Assembly (NCBI GenBank): GCA_964016885.1
Contig: OZ024745.1
Coordinates: 1,674,001-1,738,000 of the forward strand
Source: Eledone cirrhosa
Taxonomy: Eukaryota
Direction of reading: 5' to 3'
DNA: 64,000 bases
Shown here: positions 1 through 18,100 of the stretch, one piece after another
How the letters are laid out: each line of letters starts with the position of its first letter
Numbering within the stretch: the stretch's first letter is position 1
Position numbers and translations under genes: made by a program
Notes under the pieces: model-generated
Told to the model about the DNA's origin: nothing
Databases searched by the model: none
Seen by the model: only the letters and a program-made list of their open reading frames with translations

Positions 1-779
1 ACAGACCACACCACCCAGGACACTGACAGACCACACCACCCAGGACACTGACAGACCACACCACCCAGGACACTGACAGACCACACCACCCAGGACACTG
101 ACAGACGACACCACCCAGGACACTGACAGACCACACCACCCAGGACACTGACAGACGACACCACCCAGGACACTGACAGACCACACCAACCAGGACACTG
201 ACAGACGACACCACCCAGGACACTGAAAGACCACACCACCCAGGACACTGACAGACCACACCACCCAGGACACTGACAGACCACACCACCCAGGACACTG
301 ACAGACCACACCACCCAGGACACTGACAGACCACACCACCCAGGACACTGACAGACCACACCAACCAGGACACTGACAGACGACACCACCCAGGACACTG
401 ACAGACCACACCAACCAGGACACTGACAGACCACACCAACCAGGACACTGACAGACCACACCAACCAGGACACTGACAGACCACACCACCCAGGACACTG
501 ACAGACGACACCACCCAGGACACTGACAGACCACACCACCCAGGACACTGACAGACGACACCACCCAGGACACTGACAGACCACACCACCCAGGACACTG
601 ACAGACGACACCACCCAGGACACTGACAGACCACACGACCCAGGTCACTGACAGACAACACCACCCAGGACACTGACAGACGACACCACCCAGGACACTG
701 ACAGACCACACCACCCAGGACACTGACAGACCACACCACCCAGGACACTGACAGACCACACCACCCAGGACACTGACAG

Positions 780-3700
780 ACGACACCACCCAGGATACTG
801 ACAGACCACACCACCCAGGACACTGACAGACCACACCACCCAGGACACTGACAGACCACACCACCCAGGACACTGACAGACCACACCACCCAGGACACTG
901 ACAGACGACACCACCCAGGACACTGACAGACCACACCACCCAGGACACTGAAAGACGACACCACCCAGGACACTGACAGACGACACCACCCAGGACACTG
1001 ACAGACCACACCACCCAGGACACTGACAGACGACACCACCCAGGACACTGACAGACCACACCACCCAGGACACTGACAGACGACACCAACCAGGACACTG
1101 ACAGACCACACCACCCAGGACACTGACAGACGACACCACCCAGGACACTGACAGACCACACCACCCAGGACACTGAAAGACCACACCAACCAGGACACTG
1201 ACAGACCACACCACCCAGGACACTGACAGACGACACCACCCAGGACACTGACAGACCACACCACCCAGGACACTGACAGACGACACCACCCAGGACACTG
1301 ACAGACGACACCCCCCAGGACACTGACAGACCACACCACCCAGGACACTGACAGACGACACCACCCAGGACACTGAAAGACCACACCACCCAGGACACTG
1401 ACAGACGACACCACCCAGGACACTGACAGACCACACCACCCAGGACACTGACAGACGACACCACCCAGGACACTGACAGACGACACCACCCAGGACACTG
1501 ATAGACGACACCACCCAGGACACTGACAGACGACACCAACCAGGACACTGACAGACCACACCACCCAGGACACTGACAGACGACACCACCCAGGACACTG
1601 ACAGACCACACCACCCAGGACACTGACAGACGACACCAACCAGGACACTGACAGACGACACCACCCAGGACACTGACAGACGACACCACCCAGAACACTG
1701 ACAGACCACACCACCCAGGAGACTGACAGACGACACCACCCAGGACACTGACAGACGACACCACCCAGGACACTGACAGACGACACCAACCAGGACACTG
1801 ACAGACCACACCACCCAGGACACTGACAGACGACACCACCCAGGACACTGACAGACCACACCACCCAGGACACTGACAGACGACACCAACCAGGACACTG
1901 ACAGACGACACCACCCAGGACACTGACAGACGACACCACCCAGGACACTGACAGACCACACCACCCAGGAGACTGACAGACGACACCACCCAGGACACTG
2001 ACAGACGACACCACCCAGGACACTGACAGACGACACCACCCAGGACACTGACAGACGACACCACCCAGGACACTGACAGACGACACCACCCAGGACACTG
2101 ACAGACGACACCACCCAGGACACTGACAGACCACACCACACTGGACACTGACAGACGACACCACCCAGGACACTGACAGACCACACCACCCAGGACACTG
2201 ACAGACGACACCAACCAGGACACTGACAGACCACACCACCCAGGATACTGACAGACCAAACCACCCAGGACACTGACAGACGACACCACCCAAGACACTG
2301 ACAGACCACACCACCCAGGACAATGAAAGACCACACCAACCAGGACACTGACAGACCACACCACCCAGGACACTGACAGACGACACCACCCAGGATACTG
2401 ACAGACGACACCACCCAGGACACTGACAGACGACACCACCCAGGACACTGACAGACCACACCACCCAGGACACTGACAGACCACACCACCCAGGACACTG
2501 ACAGACCACACCAACCAGGACACTGACAGACGACACCACCCAGGACACTGACAGACCACACCACCCAGGACACTGACAGACCACACCACCCAGGACACTG
2601 ACAGACCACACCACCCAGGACACTGACAGACGACACCACCCAGGACACTGACAGACGACATCACCCAGGACACTGACAGACCACACCACCCAGGACACTG
2701 ACAGACGACACCACCCAGATCACTGACAGACCACACCAGCCAGGACACTGACAGACCACACCACCCAGGACACTGACAGACGACACCACCCAGGACACTG
2801 ACAGACCACACCACCCAGGACACTGACAGACGACACCACCCAGGACACTGACAGACCACACCAACCAGGACACTGACAGACGACACCACCCAGGACACTG
2901 ACAGACTACACCACCCAGGACACTGACAGACCACACCACCCAGGACACTGACAGACCACCCCACCCAGGACACTGACAGACCACACCACCCAGGACACTG
3001 ACAGACCACACCACCCAGGACACTGACAGACCACACCAACCAGGACACTGACAGACCACACCAACCAGGACACTGACAGACGACACCACCCAGGACACTG
3101 ACAGACCACACCACCCAGGACACTGACAGACGACACCACCCAGGACACTGACAGACGACACCACCCAGGACACTGACAGACCACACCACCCAGGACACTG
3201 ACAGACCACACCACCCAGGACACTGACAGACGACACCACCCAGGACACTGACAGACCACACCACCAAGGACACTGACAGAGAGACACCACCCAGGACACT
3301 GACAGACCACACCACCCAGGACACTGACAGACGACACCACCCAGGACACTGACAGACCACACCACCCAGGACACTGACAGACGACACCAACCAGGACACT
3401 GACAGACCACACCACCCAGGACACTGAAAGACCACACCACCCAGGACACTGACAGACGACACCACCCAGGACACTGACAGACCACACCACCCAGGACACT
3501 GACAGACGACACCAACCAGGACACTGACAGACCACACCACCCAGGACACTGAAAGACCACACCAACCAGGACACTGACAGACCACACCACCCAGGACACT
3601 GACAGACGACACCACCCAGGACACTGACAGACCACACCACCCAGGACACTGACAGACCACACCACCCAGGACACTGACAGACGACACCACCCAGGACACT

Positions 3701-6700
3701 GACAGACCACACCACCCAGGACACTGACAGACGACACCACTCAGGACACTGACAGACGACACCCCCCAGGACACTGACAGACCACACCACCCAGGACACT
3801 GACAGACGACACCACCCAGGACACTGAAAGACCACACCACCCAGGACACTGACAGACGACACCACCCAGGACACTGACAGACCACACCACCCAGGACACT
3901 GACAGACGACACCACCCAGGACACTGACAGACGACACCACCCAGGACACTGACAGACGACACCACCCAGGACACTGACAGACCACACCACTCAGGACACT
4001 GACAGACGACACCACCCAGGACACTGACAGACGACACCCCCCAGGACACTGACACACCACACCACCCAGGACACTGACAGACGACACCACCCAGGACAGT
4101 GAAAGACCACACCACCCAGGACACTTACAGACGACACCACCCAGGACACTGACAGACCACACCACCCAGGACACTGACAGACGACACCACCCAGGACACT
4201 GACAGACGACACCACCCAGGACACTGATAGACGACACCACCCAGGACACTGACAGACGACACCAACCAGGACACTGACAGACCACTCCACCCAGGACACT
4301 GACAGACGACACCACCCAGGACACTGACAGACCACACCACCCAGGACACTGACAGACGAAACCAACCAGGACACTGACAGACCACACCACCCAGGACACT
4401 GACAGACGACACCACCCAGGACACTGACAGACCACACCACCCAGGAGACTGACAGACGACACCACCCAGGACACTGACAGACGACACCACCCAGGAGACT
4501 GACAGACGACACCACCCAGGACACTGACAGACGACACCACCCAGGACACTGACAGACGACACCACCCAGGACACTGACAGACCACACCACCCAGGACACT
4601 GACAGACGACACCACCCAGGACACTGACAGACGACACCACCCAGGACACTGACAGACCACACCACACTGGACACTGACAGACGACACCACCCAGGACACT
4701 GACAGACCACACCACCCAGGACACTGACAGACGACACCACCCAGGACACTGACAGACCACACCACCCAGGACACTGACAGACGACACCACCCAGGACACT
4801 GACAGACGACACCCCCCAGGACACTGACAGACCACACCACCCAGGACACTGACAGACGACACCACCCAGGACACTGAAAGACCACACCACCCAGGACACT
4901 GACAGACGAGACCACCCAGGACACTGACAGACCACACCACCCAGGACATTGACAGACCACACCACCCAGGACACTGACAGACGACACCACCCAGGATACT
5001 GACAGACCACACCACCCAGGACACTGACAGACCACACCACCCAGGACACTGACAGACGACACCACACAGGACACTGACAGACCACACCACCCAGGACACT
5101 GACAGACGACACCACCCAGGACACTGACAGACCACACCACTCAGGACACTGAAAGACGACACCACCCCGGACACTGACAGACGACACCACCCAGGACACT
5201 GACAGACCACACCACCCAGGACACTGACAGACGACACCACCCAGGACACTGACAGACCACACCACCCAGGACACTGACAGACCACACCACCCAGGACACT
5301 GACAGACCACACCACCCAGGACACTGACAGACGACACCACCCAGGACACTGACAGACCACACCACCCAGGACACTGACAGACGACACCACCCAGGACACT
5401 GACAGACGACACCAACCAGGACACTGACAGACGACACCACCCAGGACACTGACAGACCACACCAACCAGGACACTGACAGACGACACCACCCAGGACACT
5501 GACAGACCACACCACCCAGTACACTGACAGACCACACCACCCAGGACACTGACAGACGACACCACCCAGGACACTGACAGACCACACCACCCAGGACACT
5601 AACAGACGACACCACCCAGGACACTGACAGACGACACCACCCAGGACACTGACAGACCACACCACCCAGGACACTGACAGACGACACCACCCAGGACACT
5701 GACAGACGACACCACCCAGGACACTGACAGACGACACCACCCAGGACACTGACAGACCACACCACCCAGGACACTGACAGACGACACCACCCAGGACACT
5801 GACAGACCACACCACCCAGGACACTGACAGACGACACCACCCAGGACACTGACAGACCACACCACCCAGGACACTGACAGACCACACCACCCAGGACACT
5901 GACAGACGACACCACCCAGGACACTGACAGACGACACCAACCAGGACACTGACAGACGACACCACCCAGGACACTGACAGACCACACCACCCTGGACACT
6001 GACAGACCACACCACCCAGGACACTGACAGACCACACCACCCAGGACACTGACAGACCACACCACCCAGGACACTGACAGACCACACCACCCAGGACACT
6101 GACAGACCACACCACCCAGGACACTGACAGACCACACCACCCAGGACACTGACAGACCACACCACCCAGGACACTGACAGACGACACCACCCAGGACACT
6201 GACAGACCACACCACCCAGGACACTGACAGACGACACCACCCAGGACACTGACAGACCACACCAACCAGGACACTGACAGACGACACCACCCAGGACACT
6301 GAAAGACCACACCACCCAGGACACTGACAGACCACACCACCCAGGACACTGACAGACCACACCACCCAGGACACTGACAGACCACACCACCCAGGACACT
6401 GACAGACCACACCACCCAGGACACTGACAGACCACACCAACCAGGACACTGACAGACGACACCACCCAGGATACTGACAGACCACACCACCCAGGACACT
6501 GACAGACCACACCACCCAGGACACTGACAGACGACACCACCCAGGACACTGACAGACCACACCACCCAGGACACTGACAGACGACACCACCCAGGACACT
6601 GACAGACCACACCACCCAGGACACTGAAAGACGACACCACCCAGGACACTGACAGACGACACCACCCAGGACACTGACAGACCACACCACCCAGGACACT

Positions 6701-9700
6701 GACAGACGACACCACCCAGGACACTGACAGACCACACCACCCAGGACACTGACAGACGACACCAACCAGGACACTGACAGACCACACCACCCAGGACACT
6801 GACAGACGACACCACCCAGGACACTGACAGACCACACCACCCAGGACACTGAAAGACCACACCAACCAGGACACTGACAGACCACACCACCCAGGACACT
6901 GACAGACGACACCACCCAAGACACTGACAGACCACACCACCCAGGACACTGACAGACGACACCACCCAGGACACTGACAGACGACACCCCCCAGGACACT
7001 GACAGACCACACCACCCAGGACACTGACAGACGACACCACCCAGGACACTGAAAGACCACACCACCCAGGACACTGACAGACGACACCACCCAGGACACT
7101 GACAGACCACACCACCCAGGACACTGACAGACGACACCACCCAGGACACTGACAGACGACACCACCCAGGACACTGATAGACGACACCACCCAGGACACT
7201 GACAGACGACACCAACCAGGACACTGACAGACCACACCACCCAGGACACTGACAGACGACACCACCCAGGACACTGACAGACCACACCACCCAGGACACT
7301 GACAGACGACACCAACCAGGACACTGACAGACGACACCACCCAGGACACTGACAGACGACACCACCCAGGACACTGACAGACCACACCACCCAGGAGACT
7401 GACAGACGACACCACCCAGGACACTGACAGACGACACCACCCAGGACACTGACAGACGACACCAACCAGGACACTGACAGACCACACCACCCAGGACACT
7501 GACAGACGACACCACCCAGGACACTGACAGACCACACCACCCAGGACACTGATAGACGACACCAACCAGGACACTGACAGACCACACCACCCAGGACACT
7601 GACAGACGACACCACCCAGGACACTGACAGACCACACCACCCAGGAGACTGACAGACGACACCACCCAGGACACTGACAGACGACACCACCCAGGACACT
7701 GACAGACGACACCACCCAGGACACTGACAGACGACACCACCCAGGACACTGACAGACGACACCACCCAGGACACTGACAGACGACACCACCCAGGACACT
7801 GACAGACCACACCACACTGGACACTGACAGACGACACCACCCAGGACACTGACAGACCACACCACCCAGGACACTGACAGACGACACCAACCAGGACACT
7901 GACAGACCACACCACCCAGGATACTGACAGACCACACCACCCAGGACACTGACAGACGACACCACCCAAGACACTGACAGACCACACCACCCAGGACACT
8001 GAAAGACCACACCAACCAGGACACTGACAGACCACACCACCCAGGACACTGACAGACGACACCACCCAGGATACTGACAGACGACACCACCCAGGACACT
8101 GACAGACGACACCACCCAGGACACTGACAGACCACACCACCCAGGACACTGACAGACCACACCACCCAGGACACTGACAGACCACACCAACCAGGACACT
8201 GACAGACGACACCACCCAGGACACTGACAGACCACACCACCCAGGACACTGACAGACCACACCACCCAGGACACTGACAGACCACACCACCCAGGACACT
8301 GACAGACGACACCACCCAGGACACTGACAGACGACATCACCCAGGACACTGACAGACCACACCACCCAGGACACTGACAGACGACACCACCCAGATCACT
8401 GACAGACCACACCAGCCAGGACACTGACAGACCACACCACCCAGGACACTGACAGACGACACCACCCAGGACACTGACAGACCACACCACCCAGGACACT
8501 GACAGACGACACCACCCAGGACACTGACAGACCACACCAACCAGGACACTGACAGACGACACCACCCAGGACACTGACAGACTACACCACCCAGGACACT
8601 GACAGACCACACCACCCAGGACACTGACAGACCACACCACCCAGGACACTGACAGACCACACCACCCAGGACACTGACAGACCACACCACCCAGGACACT
8701 GACAGACCACACCAACCAGGACACTGACAGACCACACCAACCAGGACACTGACAGACGACACCACCCAGGACACTGACAGACCACACCACCCAGGACACT
8801 GACAGACGACACCACCCAGGACACTGACAGACGACACCACCCAGGACACTGACAGACCACACCACCCAGGACACTGACAGACCACACCACCCAGGACACT
8901 GACAGACGACACCACCCAGGACACTGACAGACCACACCACCCAGGACACTGACAGAGAGACACCACCCAGGACACTGACAGACCACACCACCCAGGACAC
9001 TGACAGACGACACCACCCAGGACACTGACAGACCACACCACCCAGGACACTGACAGACGACACCAACCAGGACACTGACAGACCACACCACCCAGGACAC
9101 TGAAAGACCACACCACCCAGGACACTGACAGACGACACCACCCAGGACACTGACAGACCACACCACCCAGGACACTGACAGACGACACCAACCAGGACAC
9201 TGACAGACCACACCACCCAGGACACTGAAAGACCACACCAACCAGGACACTGACAGACCACACCACCCAGGACACTGACAGACGACACCACCCAGGACAC
9301 TGACAGACCACACCACCCAGGACACTGACAGACCACACCACCCAGGACACTGACAGACGACACCACCCAGGACACTGACAGACCACACCACCCAGGACAC
9401 TGACAGACGACACCACTCAGGACACTGACAGACGACACCCCCCAGGACACTGACAGACCACACCACCCAGGACACTGACAGACGACACCACCCAGGACAC
9501 TGAAAGACCACACCACCCAGGACACTGACAGACGACACCACCCAGGACACTGACAGACCACACCACCCAGGACACTGACAGACGACACCACCCAGGACAC
9601 TGACAGACGACACCACCCAGGACACTGACAGACGACACCACCCAGGACACTGACAGACCACACCACTCAGGACACTGACAGACGACACCACCCAGGACAC

Positions 9701-10150
9701 TGACAGACGACACCCCCCAGGACACTGACACACCACACCACCCAGGACACTGACAGACGACACCACCCAGGACAGTGAAAGACCACACCACCCAGGACAC
9801 TTACAGACGACACCACCCAGGACACTGACAGACCACACCACCCAGGACACTGACAGACGACACCACCCAGGACACTGACAGACGACACCACCCAGGACAC
9901 TGATAGACGACACCACCCAGGACACTGACAGACGACACCAACCAGGACACTGACAGACCACTCCACCCAGGACACTGACAGACGACACCACCCAGGACAC
10001 TGACAGACCACACCACCCAGGACACTGACAGACGAAACCAACCAGGACACTGACAGACCACACCACCCAGGACACTGACAGACGACACCACCCAGGACAC
10101 TGACAGACCACACCACCCAGGAGACTGACAGACGACACCACCCAGGACAC
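780..10150. repeat. Higher-order duplication inside the satellite: ~780-4480 repeated at ~6456-10150 (offset 5676 = 227 units + 1)
   Basis: Rare markers are shared at a constant offset: GGATACT 796/6472, CACTGG ~2140/7816, +1 insertion GACAGAGAGAC 3275/8951, ACTTACAG 4125/9801, GGAGACT 4445/10121. The ORF track duplicates too (2661..3740 and 8337..9416). Boundaries are approximate. Confidence 0.9.
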
Positions 10151-13100
10151 TGACAGACGACACCACCCAGGACACTGACAGACGACACCAACCAGGACAC
10201 TGACAGACCACACCACCCAGGACACTGACAGACGACACCACCCAGGACACTGACAGACCACACCACCCAGGACACTGACAGACGACACCAACCAGGACAC
10301 TGACAGACCACACCACCCAGGACACTGACAGACGACACCATCCAGGACACTGACAGACCACACCACCCAGGAGACTGACAGACGACACCACCCAGGACAC
10401 TGACAGACGACACCACCCAGGACACTGACAGACGACACCACCCAGGACACTGACAGACCACACCACCCAGGACACTGACAGACGACACCACCCAGGACAC
10501 TGACAGACGACACCACCCAGGACACTGACAGACCACACCACACTGGACACTGACAGACGACACCACCCAGGACACTGACAGACCACACCACCCAGGACAC
10601 TGACAGACGACACCAACCAGGACACTGACAGACCACACCACCCAGGATACTGACAGACCACACCACCCAGGACACTGACAGACGACACCACCCAAGACAC
10701 TGACAGACCACACCACCCAGGACACTGAAAGACCACACCAACCAGGACACTGACAGACCACACCACCCAGGACACTGACAGACGACACCACCCAGGATAC
10801 TGACAGACGACACCACCCAGGACACTGACAGACGACACCACCCAGGACACTGACAGACCACACCACCCAGGACACTGACAGACGACACCACCCAGGACAC
10901 TGACAGACGACACCACCCAGGACACTGACAGACGACACCACCCAGGACACTGACAGACGACACCACCCAGGACACTGACAGACGACACCACCCAGGACAC
11001 TGACAGACCACACCACCCAGGACACTGACAGACGACACCACCCAGATCACTGACAGACCACACCACCCAGGACACTGACAGACCACACCACCCAGCACAC
11101 TGACAGACGACACCACCCAGGACACTGACAGACCACACCACCCAGGACACTGACAGACGACACCACCCAGGACACTGACAGACCACACCAACCAGGACAC
11201 TGACAGACGACACCACCCAGGACACTGACAGACCACACCACCCAGGACACTGACAGACCACACCACCCAGGACACTGACAGACCACACCACCCAGGACAC
11301 TGACAGACCACACCACCCAGGACACTGACAGACCACACCACCCAGGACACTGACAGACCACACCAACCAGGACACTGACAGACGACACCACCCAGGACTC
11401 TGACAGACCACACCAACCAGGACACTGACAGACGACACCACCCAGGACACTGACAGACGACACCACCCAGGAAACTGACAGACGACACCACCCAGGACAC
11501 TGACAGACGACACCACCCAGGACACTGATAGACGACACCACCCAGGACACTGACAGACGACACCAACCAGGACACTGACAGACCACACCACCCAGGACAC
11601 TGACAGACGACACCACCCAGGACACTGACAGACCACACCACCCAGGACACTGACAGACGACACCAACCAGGACACTGACAGACCACACCACCCAGGAGAC
11701 TGACAGACGACACCACCCAGGACACTGACAGACGACACCACCCAGGACACTGACAGACGACACCAACCAGGACACTGACAGACCACACCACCCAGGACAC
11801 TGACAGACGACACCACCCAGGAGACTGACAGACCACACCACCCAGGACACTGACAGACGACACCAACCAGGACACTGACAGACCACACCACCCAGGACAC
11901 TGACAGACGACACCAACCAGGACACTGACAGACCACACCACCCAGGACACTGATAGACGACACCACCCAGGACACTGACAGACCATACCACCCAGGACAC
12001 TGAAAGACCACACCAACCAGGACACTGACAGACCACACCACCCAGGACACTGACAGACGACACCACCCAGGACACTGACAGACCACACCACCCAGGAGAC
12101 TGACAGACGACACCACCCAGGACACTGACAGACGACACCCCCCAGGACACTGACAGACCACACCACCCAGGACACTGACAGACGACACCACCCAGGACAC
12201 TGAAAGACCACACCACCCAGGACACTGACAGACGACACCACCCAGGACACTGACAGACGACACCACCCAGGACACTGACAGACGACACCACCCAGGACAC
12301 TGACAGACCACAACACCCAGGACACTGACAGACGACACCACCCAGGACACTGACAGACGACACCACCCAGGACACTGACAGACCACACCACCCAGGACAC
12401 TGACAGACGACACCACCCAGGACACTGAAAGACCACACCACCCAGGACACTGACAGACGACACCACCCAGGACACTGACAGACCACAACACCCAGGACAC
12501 TGAAAGACCACACCACCCAGGACACTGATAGACGACACCACCCAGGACACTGACAGACGACACCAACCAGGACACTGACAGACGACACCACCCAGGACAC
12601 TGACAGACCACACCACCCAGGACACTGACAGACGACACCACCCAGGACACTGACAGACCACACCACCCAGGACACTGACAGACGACACCACCCAGGAAAC
12701 TGACAGACCACAGCACCCTGGACACTGACAGACGACACCACCCAGGACACTGACAGACCACACCACCCAGGACACTGACAGACGACACCAACCAGGACAC
12801 TGACAGACCACACCAGCCAGGACACTGACAAACGACACCACCCAGGACACTGACAGACCACACCACCCAGGACACTGAAAGACCACACCAACCAGGACAC
12901 TGACAGACCACACCACCCAGGACACTGACAGACGACACCACCCAGGACACTGACAGACCACACCACCCAGGACACTGACAGACGACACCACCCAGGACAC
13001 TGACAGACGACACCCTCCAGGACACTGACAGACCACACCACCCAGGACACTGACAGACGACACCACCCAGGACACTGACAGACCACACCACCCAGGACAC

Positions 13101-15189
13101 TGACAGACGACACCAACCAGGACACTGACAGACCACACCACCCAGGACACTGAAAGACCACACCAACCAGGACACTGACAGACCACACCACCCAGGACAC
13201 TGACAGACGACACCACCCAGGATACTGACAGACGACACCACCCAGGACACTGACAGACCACACCACCCAGGACACTGACAGACGACACCACCCAGGACAC
13301 TGACAGACCACACCACCCAGGACACTGACAGACGACACCACCCAGGACACTGACAGACCACACCACCCAGGACACTGACAGACGACACCACCCAGGACAC
13401 TGACAGACCACACCACCCAGGACACTGACAGACGACACCACCCAGGACACTGACAGACGACACCACCCAGGACACTGACAGACCACACCACCCAGGACAC
13501 TGACAGACCACACCACCCAGGACACTGACAGACCACACCACCCAGGACACTGACAGACGACACCACCCAGGACACTGACAGACGACACCACCCAGGACAC
13601 TGACAGACCACACCACCCAGGACACTGACAGACCACACCACCCAGGACACTGACAGACGACACCACCCAGGACACTGACAGACCACACCACCCAGGACAC
13701 TGACAGACCACACCACCCAGGACACTGACAGACCACACCACCCAGGACACTGACAGACGACACCACCCAGGACACTGACAGACGACACCACCCAGGACAC
13801 TGACAGACGACACCACCCAGGACACTGACAGACCACACCACCCAGGACACTGACAGACCACACCACCCAGGACACTGACAGACCACACCACCCAGGACAC
13901 TGACAGACGACACCACCCAGGACACTGACAGACCACACCACCCAGGACACTGACAGACGACACCACCCAGGACACTGACAGACGACACCACCCAGGACAC
14001 TGACAGACCACACCACCCAGGACACTGACAGACCACACCACCCAGGACACTGACAGACGACACCACCCAGGACACTGACAGACCACACCACCCAGGACAC
14101 TGACAGACCACACCACCCAGGACACTGACAGACGACACCACCCAGGACACTGACAGACGACACCACCCAGGACACTGACAGACGACACCACCCAGGACAC
14201 TGACAGACCACACCACCCAGGACACTGACAGACCACACCACCCAGGACACTGACAGACCACACCACCCAGGACACTGACAGACGACACCACCCAGGACAC
14301 TGACAGACGACACCACCCAGGACACTGACAGACCACACCACCCAGGACACTGACAGACGACACCACCCAGGTCACTGACAGACCACACCACCCAGGACAC
14401 TGACAGACCACACCAACCAGGACACTGACAGACCACACCACCCAGGACACTGACAGACGACACCACCCAGGACACTGACAGACGACACCACCCAGGACAC
14501 TGACAGACCACACCACCCAGGACACTGACAGACCACACCACCCAGGACACTGACAGACGATACCACCCAGGACACTGACAGACCACACCACCCAGGACAC
14601 TGACAGACCACACCACCCAGGACACTGACAGACCACACCACCCAGGACACTGACAGACCACACCACCCAGGACATTGACAGACGACACCACCCAGGACAC
14701 TGACAGACCACACCACCCAGGACACTGACAGACCACACCACCCAGGACACTGACAGACCACACCACCCAGGACACTGACAGACCACACCACCCAGGACAC
14801 TGACAGACGACACCACCCAGGACACTGACAGACGACACCACCCAGGACACTGACAGACCACACCACCCAGGACACTGACAGACGACACCACCCAGGACAC
14901 TGACAGACGACACCACCCAGGACACTGAAACACCACACCACCCAGGACACTGACAGACGACACCACCCAGGACACTGAAAGACGACACCACACAGGACAC
15001 TGACAGACGACACCACCCAGGACACTGACAGACGACACCACCCAGGACACTGACAGACGACACCACCCAGGACACTGAAAGACCACACCACCCAGGACAC
15101 TGACAGACCACACCACCCAGGACACTGACAGACCACACCAACCAGGACACTGACAGACCACACCAACCAGGACACTGACAGACCACACC

Positions 15190-18100
15190 ACCCAGGACAC
15201 TGACAGACCACACCACCCAGGACACTGACAGACGACACCAACCAGGACACTGACAGACCACACCACCCAGGACACTGACAGACCACACCAATCAGGACAC
15301 TGACAGACCACACCACCCAGGACACTGACAGACCACACCACCCAGGACACTGACAGACCACACCACCCAGGACACTGACAGACCACACCAACCAGGACAC
15401 TGACAGACGACACCACCCAGGACACTGACAGACGACACCACCCAGGACACTGACAGACGACACCACCCAGGACACTGACAGACGACACCACCCAGGACAC
15501 TGACAGACCACACCACCCAGGACACTGACAGACGACACCACCCAGGACACTGACAGACCACACCACCCAGGATAATGACAGACCACACCACCCAGGACAC
15601 TGACAGACGACACCACCCAGGACACTGACAGACGACACCACCCAGGACACTGACAGACCACACCACCCAGGACACTGACAGACGACACCACCCAGGACAC
15701 TGACAGACCACACCACCCAGGACACTGACAGACGACACCACCCAGGACACTGACAGACGACACCACCCAGGACACTGACAGACCACACCACCCAGGACAC
15801 TGACAGACCACACCACCCAGGACACTGACAGACGACACCACCCAGGACACTGACAGACCACACCACCCAGGACACTGACAGACCACACCACCCAGGACAC
15901 TGACAGACCACACCACCCAGGACACTGACAGACCACCCCACCCAGGACACTGACAGACGACACCACCCAGGACACTGACAGACCACACCACCCAGGACAC
16001 TGACAGACCACACCACCCAGGACACTGACAGACCACACCAACCAGGACACTGACAGACCACACCACCCAGGACACTGACAGACGACACCACCCAGGACAC
16101 TGACAGACGACACCACCCAGGACACTGACAGACCACACCACCCAGGACACTGACAGACGACACCACCCAGGACACTGACAGACGACACCACCCAGGACAC
16201 TGACAGACGACACCACCCAGGACACTGAAACACCACACCACCCAGGACACTGACAGACCACACCACCCAGGACACTGAAAGACGACACCACCCAGGACAC
16301 TGACAGACGACACCACCCAGGACACTGACAGACCACACCACCCAGGATACTGACAGACGACACCACCCAGGACACTGACAGACCACACCACCCAGGACAC
16401 TGACAGACGACACCAACCAGGACACTGACAGACCACACCACCCAGGATACTGACAGACCACACCACCCAGGACACTGACAGACGACACCACCCAAGACAC
16501 TGACAGACCACACCACCCAGGACACTGACAGACGACACCACCCAGGACACAGACAGACGACACCACCCAGGACACTGACAGACCACACCACCCAGGACAC
16601 TGACAGACCACACCACCCAGGACACTGACAGACGACACCACCCAGGACACTGACAGACGACACCACCCAAGACACTGACAGACCACACCACCCAGGACAC
16701 AGAAAGACCACACCAACCAGGACACTGACAGACCACACCACCCAGGACACTGACAGACGACACCACCCAGGACACTGACAGACCACACCACCCAGGACAC
16801 TGACAGACGACACCACCCAGGACAATGACAGACCACACCACCCAGGACACTGACAGACCACACCACCCAGGACACTGACAGACGACACCACCCAGGACAC
16901 TGACAGACGACACCACCCAGGACACTGACAGACGACACCACCCAGGACACTGACAGACGACACCACCCAGGACACTGACAGACCACACCACCCAGGACAC
17001 TGACAGACCACACCACCCAGGACACTGACAGACCACACCACCCAGGACACTGACAGACGACACCACCCAGGACACTGACAGACCACACCACCCAGGACAC
17101 TGACAGACCACACCACCCAGGACACTGACAGACCACACCACCACCCAGGAAACTGACAGACCACACCACCCAGGACACTGACAGACGACACCCCCCAGGA
17201 CACTGACAGACGACACCACCCAGGACACTGACAGACCACACCACCCAGGACACTGACAGATGACACCACCCAGGACACTGACAGACGACACCACCCAGGA
17301 CACTGACAGACGACACCACCCAGGACACTGAAACACTACACCACCCAGGACACTGACAGACCACACCACCCAGGACACTGAAAGACGACACCACCCAGGA
17401 CACTGACAGACGACACCACCCAGGACACTGACAGACGACACCACCCAGGACACTGACAGACGACACCACCCAGGACACTGAAAGACCACACCACCCAGGA
17501 CACTGACAGACCACACCACCCAGGACACTGACAGACCACACCAACCAGGACACTGACAGACCACACCAACCAGGACACTGACAGACCACACCACCCAGGA
17601 CACTGACAGACCACACCACCCAGGACACTGACAGACGACACCAACCAGGACACTGACAGACCACACCACCCAGGAAACTGACAGACGACACCAACCAGGA
17701 CACTGACAGACCACACCACCCAGGACACTGACAGACCACACCACCCAGGACACTGACAGACCACACCACCCAGGACACTGACAGACCACACCAACCAGGA
17801 CACTGACAGACGACACCACCCAGGACACTGACAGACCACACCACCCAGGACACTGACAGACGACACCACCCAGGACACTGACAGACGACACCACCCAGGA
17901 CACTGACAGACGACACCACCCAGGACACTGACAGACGACACCACCCAGGACACTGACAGACCACACCACCCAGGATACTGACAGACCACACCACCCAGGA
18001 CACTGACAGACCACACCACCCAGGACACTGACAGACGACACCACCCAGGACACTGACAGACCACACCACCCAGGACACTGACAGACCACACCACCCAGGA

